Positions 1 to 12,000 of a DNA stretch of 64,000 nt are shown in pieces (position 1 is the first letter of the stretch; each line of letters begins with the position of its first letter). The translations under genes were made by a program, and so were the position numbers. Origin of the DNA: a virus. The DNA lies in the IMG/VR virus record IMGVR_UViG_3300047552_000910, positions 1-64,000 of that record, one strand, 5' to 3'. The notes beneath the pieces are model-generated. The model saw nothing but the letters and a program-made list of their open reading frames with translations, had not been told where the DNA came from and ran no database searches.

Positions 1-3
1 GAT

Positions 4-3000
4 TTGTACAGAGTACGAGTAGACGGTGCCGTTACTTCAGAAGGAACTATATCAAATCCTTTAGATACAAGCAATTGGGAGTTTTATGCTAGTTCGTTAT
101 TGACTGTAAATAATTTTGATTTAGATATTTTTGATGATAAAGATGCAGCAGCCGATTTAGATAATGAGAATTTGCGTGTATATGTTAATTCTAAAAAACT
201 TAATAAAGCCGACTGGCAATTAGAAGACGGTCCGTATTATAAAAAGATTGTTTTAAAAAAATCAGAGTTGGACGACGATTCTTATACTTCTGTTAATTAT
301 AATGATGTTGTTTCTATTAAGGTTTTTTCAGAATCGCCAATCAATGATAACGGTTATTACGAGATACCTATTAATTTACAACAAAATCCGTTAAATGAAA
401 CAATAGACGGGTTTACATTTGGGGAAGTATTTGACCATGTTGGTTCTATTATAGACAGCTTGCCCACACTCCAGTCAGACATTCCAGTAGAATTAAATCG
501 ATTAGTATTTAAACAAGAATCTATTGGTTATAATAATTTACGAGATATGGGTGCTGTGTCAAAATACGGAACAAAATTTGTTCAACATAGCGGTCCGTTA
601 AGCTTGTCTTTGTATCATATCACTTCTTCTGAAAATAATATAATACGAGCAATAGAACAAAGTAGAGATGATTATAGTAAGTTTAAAAAAGCATTTATTA
701 TAGTTGCAGAAACACTTGGCGTGGATACTGATGTATTCACTCATGTAAATTTGATTTTAGAAGAAGTTAATAGAAACAAGTCGTCGTCTTTTCCTTATTA
801 TCTAAGTGATATGATCCCGTATAATAATTTCAAACGGAATGATTTTGTTGTAATTGATAATAGAATTAAAGCGTATCCATTAGACAACGTATTTACTTTA
901 ACAAGCCTATCAAATAAAGCAGTAGGCGTATACTTGAATAGTATACAACTTTTATATGGTAAAGATTACACATTTGATGAGCAAGGGTTTGTTGTAATTT
1001 CTGCTAAAATTAATGATAACGATGTTATTTCAGTTTATGAGTACGATTCCACAGACGGGTGCTTTATACCAGAAACGCCTGCTAAGTTAGGATTATTACC
1101 TAAATACGAACCAATGTTGTATCTAGATACAACATTGGTTACACCGCGAATGATGATTCAAGGCCATGACGGAAGTCAAATATTAGCATATAACGATTAT
1201 AGAGATCAATTAGTTCTAGAATTAGAAAAAAGAATTTATAACAACATAAAATCACAGTACGATCCTGCTGTTTTTAATATCTATGATTTTATACCAGGTT
1301 ATTCTAGGATATGCAGCTATTCATTAACTGAGTTTAATCAAATTTTAGCTCCTACATTTTATGAATGGACTAGCTTGATAAACAGAGATTTTTCAAAACC
1401 ATTGACGTTCGATGAAAGTAATCCGTTTACTTCGAATTATGCAGCAATTGACGGAAGACAAGTGCCTGGATATTGGAGAGGCATTTATAAATGGATGTTT
1501 GACACAGATCGCCCGCATCTGTGCCCGTGGGAAATGGTAGGATATTCTACAGAACCTGTTTGGTGGGAAGATGTATATGGAGTTGCTCCGTTCTCTAGTT
1601 TAAACATGATAATGTGGACTGACATTAGTAACGGTTTAGTATCCGATCCCCGCAATGCTGTAAAAGTTTATGATGCAAATTTTAAACGACCATTTTTATT
1701 AACACATTTACCAGTAAATGTTGCAGGAGAGTTGTTAGACCCTGCTTCAATTGGTGTGGTAGTAGGCAGTAATAATCTTAATAATCGAAATGGTTATGTG
1801 TTCGGCGACGGCGGACCAGTAGAAAGTGCTTGGAGGAAAAGTAGCCACTATCCATTTAATTTAATAATTGCTGCAATGTTGATGCACCCTGCTAAGACAT
1901 TTGGATTATTATTAGATCGTGCTCGTATAAAACGTAATTTAACTAATCAGCTAATTTATACAGAGACCGGAGTTCGTATAACACCTGCTGATATTATAAT
2001 GCCTAGCGTATTTTTTAGCAGCAGTAGAATTCAAACATCTGGAATCATCAATTATTTGGTTAGCTATATTATACAAGATAAATTAAAAACTTTAGATAGT
2101 TATGTATATGATTTATCGTATATGAAAAGCCAACTTAGCTATCGTCTTGGTGGTTTTACCAGTGCTGAAAAATTTAATTTATTATTAGATAATAAATCTC
2201 CTGCGTCTTCGGCAAGTAGTGTATTTGTTCCTAAAGAAGATTATATCATTTTTTTAAATACATCTTCCCCACTTAAAAAAGTAGTATATAGTGGAGTTAT
2301 TGTTACCAAAACAACTGAAGGTTTTGAAGTTAAAGGGTATAGTAAATCTCATCCGTATTTTAATTATTATCAATGGTCTGGTGCTGGTAAAAATGTTAAT
2401 GTAGGCGGTATTTCCGAAAGTTATATGCAGTGGACTGCTGATAAACTTTACACCATTGGAAAAATTGTACAATATAGCGATAGATTCTATAGAGCTAGTA
2501 TAACCCACACATCGTCTGCAAGTTTTGATTTTGAATACTTTAAATTATTGTCGGCATTGCCTATAATCGGCGGGAAAGAAGCTAATTTTAGAAAAAGCTG
2601 GGATAGGTCTGTTGTGCAGGTGCTTCCATACGGCACAATATTACGAGATATCCAAGATGTTGTTGACTTATTATTAGGTTACGGGGAGTGGCTTAAAGAT
2701 CAAGGTTTTATATTTGATGATTATAATCAAGAAATTAATCAGATAACAAACTGGGAAACTAGTGCTAAAGAATTTCTTTTTTGGACTACGCAAAATTGGT
2801 CCACAGGAAAAGACAAGTGGGCTAATTGGCTCCCGTCAAATGAAATTGCAGCAGAGTCCATTGTCAAATATAATGGAGATTACTATAAAGCAATTCGCCC
2901 GTCTATTAATATAATACCAGATTCAACTGAGGGGTTATATTATTTTAGTAAATTAGACGGATTAAGTTCGGTTGGTAGTAGTGTTATATCAATGAGTCCG

Positions 3001-6000
3001 CTTGCTAATAAAATAACTTTTATTTCTGAACTTAGTGTAGTAGACGATATTACTAATCAATTTAATGAATATGAAATCGTTTCGGTAGACGGTAAACCAA
3101 TTCAGCCTTCTTATATAACTTCGTTTAGAGAAGACAATCGTGTTAGTTATATAAGTACTGATACCAATGGAATATACGGTGCAAGTTTTTATTTAATTCA
3201 AAAAGAACATGTAGTAGTTCTCAATAACAATACAATTTTCAATGATTTAATTTATAATTCATCATCTGGATATAAACAAGATCGAATTAAAGTGTCTGGC
3301 TATGTTATTTCTAACTGGAACGGATCTTTTAACTGTCCTGGTTTTATATTTGATAGAGCTAAAATTGTAGACTGGGCGCAATGGGTTGATTATGCACTTG
3401 GTGACATTGTTAAATATAAAGAATTTTATTATAGTGCAAATACATCTTTATCAGGAACAGAAGAGTTTAACGCAATTAGTTGGACAAAGTTAGATAATGC
3501 CCCAGTTAGTAAGTTATTACCTAACTGGTCTTATAAAGCTGCACAGTTTAATGATTTTTACAACTTAGATAGCGATAATTTTGATGTTGTACAACAGCAA
3601 CTGGGCCAGCACACCGTTGGCTACCAAAAACGTCAATATTTAGAGAATATTATTCAAGATGATGTTTCCGAATTTAAGTTTTATCAAGGTATGATTCTTG
3701 AAAAAGGCACACAGAATGTATTTAATAAGTTATTTGATGTATTAAGCGCAGACGATCAAGAAAGTGTTGATTTTTATGAAGAGTGGGCACTTCGTGTAGG
3801 TCGTTATGGCGCCAGCCCTGCATACGAGTCGATAGAATTTATATTAGATGAGGTGTTATTTAAAAATAACCCGCAAGGATACGAATTAGTTGAAACATTA
3901 GATAATACTCCGGTAGATTATATAATCAGACAGCGCCCACAAGATGTTTACCTAAAACCAATGGGGTACAATTCTGCACCGTGGCCGCTATCAAATCATT
4001 ACAAACAGTTTTTAAAGAGTCCCGGGCATGTTGTAGAGGCAGATGTTAAAGTAGTATTGCCTTCACTTGACCATATCATCGACAAGAACGACACCGGGGA
4101 AAGTTTATATCCAATTGAGGGTTTCGTAGAAGGCGATTATGTTTGGTGTACATTTGATCCTCCCCAATGGAATGTTTATAAGTATACCAATAGTAATATA
4201 CAAATTTTAAATATTACTCCAAATTCAAATTCGTGTACATTATTACTAAACGATGTAGATTCTTTTTTGATTGGTTCTTATATTGGTATAACAAATATAT
4301 CTAAAGGTGCAGGGTTTTATAAAATTATAGGAAAAGGCGAGTACACCATCGATATTTCTGCAAAAGCAGGTATATTTCCTCAGCCGTTCGACGAGATAGA
4401 AACAACGTTATTATATGAGCTAGCCGGCCAGCAAGTACAACGATTTGATGATTTAGCGGATAATAAAGCAGCAGCAAATATTTTTGCTAAAAACCTCAAA
4501 CCAAATGATTTGATGTGGGTGGATTATAATGGTGATACTACACTATGGGCAACTTGGAAATATGTTCCGGTATATATACCAAAATTAATATCATCTCCAA
4601 CACTAGATAGCAATTCATTATACGGCCGTGCTATTGCTGTGAATAAAGCAGGCCGTGTATGTGCAGTTGCAGAAGTGAATAGAAACAGAACAGTAACGAT
4701 GTTTACTAGATCAAACATAGATCGTTATTGGACTCCGGCATATTCGATTAATATGGTTACCGGCACTGAAATAGTAATATTTCAAGATTCACAGGGGGTT
4801 TTACGCCCGAGTGAAGTTGCTACAGAATTGGCATTGTCAGACGACGGTGTTTGGTTAGCAGTTGGTTCCCCTGCAGTTACTCGGGTATTGGTTACTAATA
4901 ATGTTTTACTACGCATGTCAGCGAGCGGCGGGCAATTGGCTCTCTCTACAGGTATTGTTTCGTTGTATAAAAAAGAGCCGAATACGAACAGATATATTCA
5001 TAATTGTACTTTCGCTAGTAGGAATTGTGACTTAGATAAATCCCGAAACGAATCATTTGGATCGTCATTGGTGTTCTCGGAAAATGCATTATTCGTTGGA
5101 GCACCTGGATATAATTCAAATAAAGGAATTGTTTATAAGTTAATTTATAATTCCGGATCTGATTTTTGGTCGTACGGGCAAGAAGCAGATGATATAAATC
5201 CAGAAACTATTACTGATATCGGTAATACTGTGTCTTTTGGTAGTTCCGTGGTATTTAATAATGATTATAGTATTTTATTAATTTCGAGTACTGGAAATAC
5301 GACAGTACCAGGTACTGTATCGGTATTTTATAAAGATGGCAGTTCATATGATTTAGCTACAGTGATCAACGAATCACACACACCTACGTCAAGTTTTGGC
5401 AGAGGTGTGGCGATTTCAAGTAATAATGAAATTGCAATTAGTGCGCAGTTAGAAACTACTGAACGTAAAAATAGAGGAATTGTATACACGTATTCTTTAA
5501 AGAATAATGCAGGTGTTACTACGTTTAGTAAGATACAAAGTATAGAATCTCCGTATCTTGGTTATAACTTATTTGGCAGCAAGTTAGCATTTATTAAAGA
5601 CAGTGTATCGGATTATTACTTACAAACGTATCAAGTGGAAAAATATGATGATACGTTGATGATTTATAACAGCGACGAGGGTTACGATAATTGGAATTAC
5701 GACATTCCGCGGTACGATTCCGAAGGAGCAAAGATTGGTGAGGGCTTAGTCCTGGCATACAATAGGTATTTTAATAAATGGGTATTATCTGAAGCTATTG
5801 GCCGATACGAAGATAATGTGTTTAGTACCGCTTATGGAACAGGATTTGCTGCAAGTAATACTTGTTTGTTAGTAGGGGCGCCATATTACAATTATGTATG
5901 GCCGTATACTAATCAATCTTTTCGAACAGGGCAAGTATTTGAATATCAAAATTTGCAAAGTAAAAGAAGTTGGACTGTTCGCGATTTAGAAGATTCCAAT

Positions 6001-9000
6001 ATAGATGTTTTTAAAATTAAACGAGCCTTTTTGTATAATAAAAAGACTAGTGAGTTAGTTACATATTTAGATGTTCTCGATTCAACGCAAGGTAAAATTG
6101 CAGGAGTTGCAGATCAAGAAATTAAATATAAAACATTTTTTGATCCTGCCATTTATAGTAATTTAACAGATCCAGTTGACGGATTAAGTGAATCTAAAGT
6201 TATAGGTATTAATGTTGTTAATATCGATAACGGCACATCGTGGACAAAAGAACAAGTTGGATTACTGTGGTGGGACTTAAAGACTTCTAAGTTCAATGTT
6301 GTGTCTAATAGAGATACAAATTATAGAAATACCATGCAAAATCGATTAGCAGTCGGTGCATCTGTTGACATTTATGAGTGGGTTGAGTCTTCTTATAAAC
6401 CATCTGAGTGGGACAAGTTGGCAACGTCTACCCAAGGCTATAGTCTTGGAATTAGCGGTACTAGTTTATACGGTGATCTCGTTTATAGTATTGCTAAACG
6501 ATACGATTCAGTTACTAAGATACCCAAAAATGTATACTATTTCTGGGTTAAAAATAAAACAACTGCGTCTCTTGCCCAGAATAGAAGTTTGTCAGCAAAT
6601 GATGTTGCTAATTTAATAAGTAACCCCCGCGGAGCAGGATATAAATTTATAGCATTTACTAGTCCGAGTTCTTTTAGTTTAGTTAACGTAGGTTCTTTAT
6701 TAAACGAAGAAAATGTTGTATTATCTGTGGAATACTGGATTACTGACCAAATAACGCAGAATATCCATTCTCATTGGGAATTAATTAGTGAAAATAAAGA
6801 TGCAGTGTTACCTCTTATTATAGAAGAAAAATGGTTTGATAGTTTATGCGGGCGAGATAAGAATGATTTGTTAGTACCAGATTACTCTTTATCACCGAAG
6901 TTGTTATACGGTGTAGAAAATCGTCCGCGGCAAGGTATGTTTATCAATAGGATAGAAATTGTTAAACAACTAGTAGAATATATTAATAAGGTATTAAAGA
7001 CTAATAGAATAACAGATCAAAAAAGCTTGTCTAAATTAAATTCTTTTGAACGTGCTCCTGGGTTACGTAGCGGCAAATATGATTTAGTAGTTGAGTCGAT
7101 GGTATCATTAGATGAGTTAAGCGATATAGATGTATCGGAATTCAAAGTACCAGAATTGCAAGTAAGAGCAGTCGACGGAAAAATTGATTCAGTACAAGTA
7201 ATTACTGCTGGGAATGGATATGCTGCCATAAACCCGTACGAAAAAGATTTGACTGGTGCTGTAGTTTCGTGGTATGGTCCTAAGTTTATAATAACAGGCG
7301 ACGGCAAAGATGCTGATGTAGTGTCGATAATTAATAGTAACGGAGCAATTATCGGATATAAAGTGATTAATGGTGGAGCAGGTTATAATACTGTTAATTC
7401 TAGGTGTACAATACGTAGCTATTCAGTATTAGTGCAATTGGATTCAACCGCAAGCGATGCATGGAGTATATACGAATACAATGTTGAATTCAATAAATGG
7501 AATAAAGCAGCGTCTCAAAGCTACGATACTCGCCGATATTGGAACACAATCGATTGGTATGATACTGGATACACCCAGTTTAGTGTGCCGGATTATATAA
7601 TTAACACGTATTTAGAATTAACAGATCCTAGATACAACGTTGGAGATTTAATTAAGATTACTGGCTCTGAGAACTGGGTGTTATTAGAAAAATTTGCTAA
7701 TTCTAACAATACTGATATAAGTTTACAATATCGTATTGTCGGGCAACAAAACGGCACCATTCAATTTTTGTCTAGTTTGTATGATTATAATTCTAATATC
7801 GGATACGACGGCACATTATACGATAATATTGGTTATGATAATATTTCTAGTATTGAGTTACGATATATACTCGAATCGTTAAGAGATGATATTCTTATAG
7901 ACGAGTTACGAATTGAATATATTAATTTATTTTTTGTATGTCTTCGATACGCACTGAGTGAACATCATTATTTAGATTGGGCATTTAAAACCAGTCTAGT
8001 AAAAGCTAATCATAATGTGGGTGGATTTAATCAACGATTAACATATAAAAATGATAATTTAAGTAACTTTGAAGATTATATATCAGAAGTTAAGCCGTAC
8101 CGAACTAAAATAAGAGAATATATTTCTAACTATACGAAGTTAGAGAATGTTGATTTAGCGGTTACTGACTTCGATTTACCCCCGGTATATGTCGATAATA
8201 AATCAATACCTGTAACATTGATGTTGCCCGAAGAAGAAAATAAGTGGTTAGATGACAATTTAGTATTATCATCGTACCCGTGGAAATATTGGTATAATAA
8301 TTATAAGCTAGGCATTAACACTGTAGATGTGCTTGCTTCAGGTCACAGTTATACTTCATCGAGTACTTCGATAAGTGTTGCGGGATTGTGTGACCGCCCA
8401 GCGAAATTAAAGGCTATTATTTCAACAGGGGAAATATTACTAATTACTGTTACAAATAGTGGTGCAGGATATAAAACTGCATTTGTGAATATCATCGATA
8501 CGGTTGGCACAGGCGCAACAGCAAATGTTATACTTGTTAATGGTGCAGTATCTGATATTGTTGTAACTAATAGCGGCACACGGTATTCAACAAATACTAC
8601 TATTGAGATTATAGGCCAATGTACTATACCGGCAAGTGCTAATTTATTAGTTTCTAATGGAAACTTAGTGGGTGTTGAAATACTTGACCCTGGCATGGGA
8701 TATACAACTATACCAGAAATTGGTATAGCGTCATCTACTGGTGTTGGCGGCGCCATTACGTGTACTATTGGTAGTGTTGTTCGAACCTCATTAATTAAGA
8801 TGAAGTTTGATAGGATTACAACAAATGCTTCGGTAATAAACCCAATTAAAACGGAAGTATTTGATTTGCCTTCATATGTTGACGGCGAAAGAACTGTATT
8901 CGAGTTAAAAATGTCGCCTAGTATGAAATTAGGAGATACTGTAGTTTCTGTTAAGCAAGGCGGAGATGTGTCGGTTGTTGAATTATCAAGCGACGACTAT

Positions 9001-12000
9001 TCTGTATTTAAAACACGAATACTCGGTGACACACATTATCAGAATACGGGTTTAGTTATTTTAGACGTTGCACCAACCGTAGGTTCGGTTGTTACTATAT
9101 CATACCATATAGACCAAGAAGCATTTAATGCAGCAGACAGAATTAATCACTTATATTTGCCCGCAATAAATCATAAAGGACAACATTTATCACAATTAAT
9201 GTCGGGTGTGGATTATGGTGGTGTAGTAATCGATGGAACTAGTTTCCATGTGGATAACGGCTGGAATAGTACTTCTTATTATTCTAGTAATTGGGACGTA
9301 TTTGATCCAGTGTTCAGTGATTATACTGTAACAGTGAGTGCAGATACGCACGAATTAACTTTGCCATACATTCCTTCCGCAACAGATATTATTAACGTAT
9401 ATCATTTAAAAAATTACGCGTCTTCTGTGTTGTCTGATGGTACAGCTCTGTCTTATAATTTTAACCCAGCGGTGTATCGTATTGCAGTTTCTACAGAGTA
9501 TGCAATAGTTACAGACATTGATATTAGTGCAGGGCAGCGGTTATTACCTTGCGGTATTGCAAGTACCGGCATTGCAGGTTTTACCGATCTCGGCAATAAA
9601 ATTGGTGTAAATTCTGTTGCTAATATACATGTCGGCGATTATATTAAGTTTACGAATAATGTTTTTGGCGGAATTACTCCGCATCAATATTATTATGTTA
9701 TCGAGGTGTTTGAGCCAGTATCTCAAATTACAATAGGAACAATTAAGGGAGATGTTGATTCAATAATTAATTTAACCGCTGCTAATGGTAGTATGACATT
9801 TGATGTAGTGCCAAGCATTAATCGTGCAAATATTAATGTCGGAGATACCGTGGAATTTCCTGTAATAACAGGTGCTGGCTTGTCTACAGACCTCGAGAAT
9901 AAAATTGTAGTAAATTCAGTGATTGGTATTAGTGCCGGCGCAATTATTAGGTTTATTAAAGATGTGTTTGGGGGAGTGGTATTAAATCAATATTATTATG
10001 TACTTGAGGTTCTCCCGTTACTGAATCAAATTACTATCGGAACTATTGAAAGTGATCAAGATTCAATCATTCAACTAACTGCCGGCACCGGAAATATGTT
10101 ATTTGAAATAGGGAGTTATGCAGGAAAAGAACCAACGGGTTTTGCCATTACAACTAGCAAGGCATCCAATAAAATTACATTGGAAGATTCGTATGCAAAT
10201 CAATTAGTGGCTGGCGATTTAATTAGATTTGGAGGGAATACATTTGGCGGGTTAACTGAAGGTCAATATTATATCAAAGAAGTGTTTAACACAACCAATC
10301 AAATCACACTTACTTTAGATATGCAAGTTAATGAGGTTGTAAAATTAAAAAATGGCTCTGGTTTAATGCAATACATTGTTGGCAAAGAGTTTGACAATGT
10401 ATTAGTTGATCGTATAATTCCTGAAGGCATCGTAATTAATCGAATGTTAACCAGAACATTGCCGGCCGGTTCGGCCATTACCTTCCGTAAAACATTGTCC
10501 CATCCTGCAGATATGATTATGTCGACTGAAGGCGAGATTTTGTTATCGAACCCGGTAGCTAGCGGAAGTATTATAAATTTACGCGGAGTTATCGACAGTG
10601 TTCGACTTGATCATGCCAATTTTGGAAAAACATGGACAATTATTAGTTCTAGTGCTACGTCAAATGAATTAGAAACCGTTGAGGATATATCGTTTAATGT
10701 GAACGATCAAATAATTTTTAACGGCACAGTATTTGGTAATGTACTTGTAGATACAAGATATTATGTTAGCCAAATAGTAACTAATAATACGTTTAAAATT
10801 AGTACATTAAGAAATGGTGTGGTTTTTAACCTAGAAACAAATACCGGAAGCATGACGGCATCTCAAGTACTAAAACCTGAGATTGTTATGGAAAGTTGGA
10901 AGGGAGACGGTATTAACAATATAGTCGATATTCCAATAACTGTACTAGTAGAGGACGGCGATCAGTTTGTTCTTCGTAAAGAAAATAGCGACGGTTCGAT
11001 TAATACACCAAGTTCTGCTTACGATACTACGCTATCGGGCGGAGATGTTGCGTATACTACAGCAACTGGTGTAAATCCAGACGATATTATAATTGACGGC
11101 GAAGAATTAATATCGCCAGTAAATTGTCCAGCATTAGAGGAATTAATACCTGGGCAAATGTTTGATGCTGTTGCAATAAAAGTATTTAACAGACCAAATA
11201 CCGGTGCAGCTAATATTAATGTTGAAAATTATATAAGTGACGGTAAGGACACAGTTTATGGAATCGGGCAAACGCCCAATAGTCCGAATGCAGTTATTGT
11301 AACGGTAACTAATACCTTGTATGTTGCACGATTAAACACATTTGATATATTACCAATAATTGGAGATTATTTATATAAATCAGTTATTGATATTGACGGT
11401 GATGCAAGTGTTGTATTATTGGGTACCGTAAACGAAGTTGACGATGTATTGTTCACAGTAACATACACTCCTACAAATTTAATAAGTTTATTTAATACAG
11501 ATGTCGTTCAAGTACAAGATACAGTACTAGGAGTTGTTATTGATGTTGATCATATATCAAATTCTACAATTAAAACGGAAGGAGTTGATTATCGCGTAGA
11601 TAAAGAAACAGTATTATTTACTCAGCCCGTGGCAGAGAATAATATAATTTCTATTTTTAGCATAGGAATTAACGGCGGCATTTATAGCATACAAAATCAA
11701 TATGCAACCGGTGTTAGTGAAAAATTTAGTGTAGATTATCCGTACTCGATTACATCTTATATCAAACCGCTAGTATATGTTAATTTTATGTTAATGATTG
11801 AGGGTGTTGATTATGTTGTTACAAGTCGTAGTAATAATATATTAGGTATTAATTTTAGCACAATACCTGCAGCTGGCCAATTAGTATCGGTGATGTTAGC
11901 TGATAACTCGCTGCAAACATTTGCTATAACAAAAACCGAAAAAATAATCGGAGACGGAAGAAGTAGACCATATAATTTAGCGTATAATGTTGGAGATTTA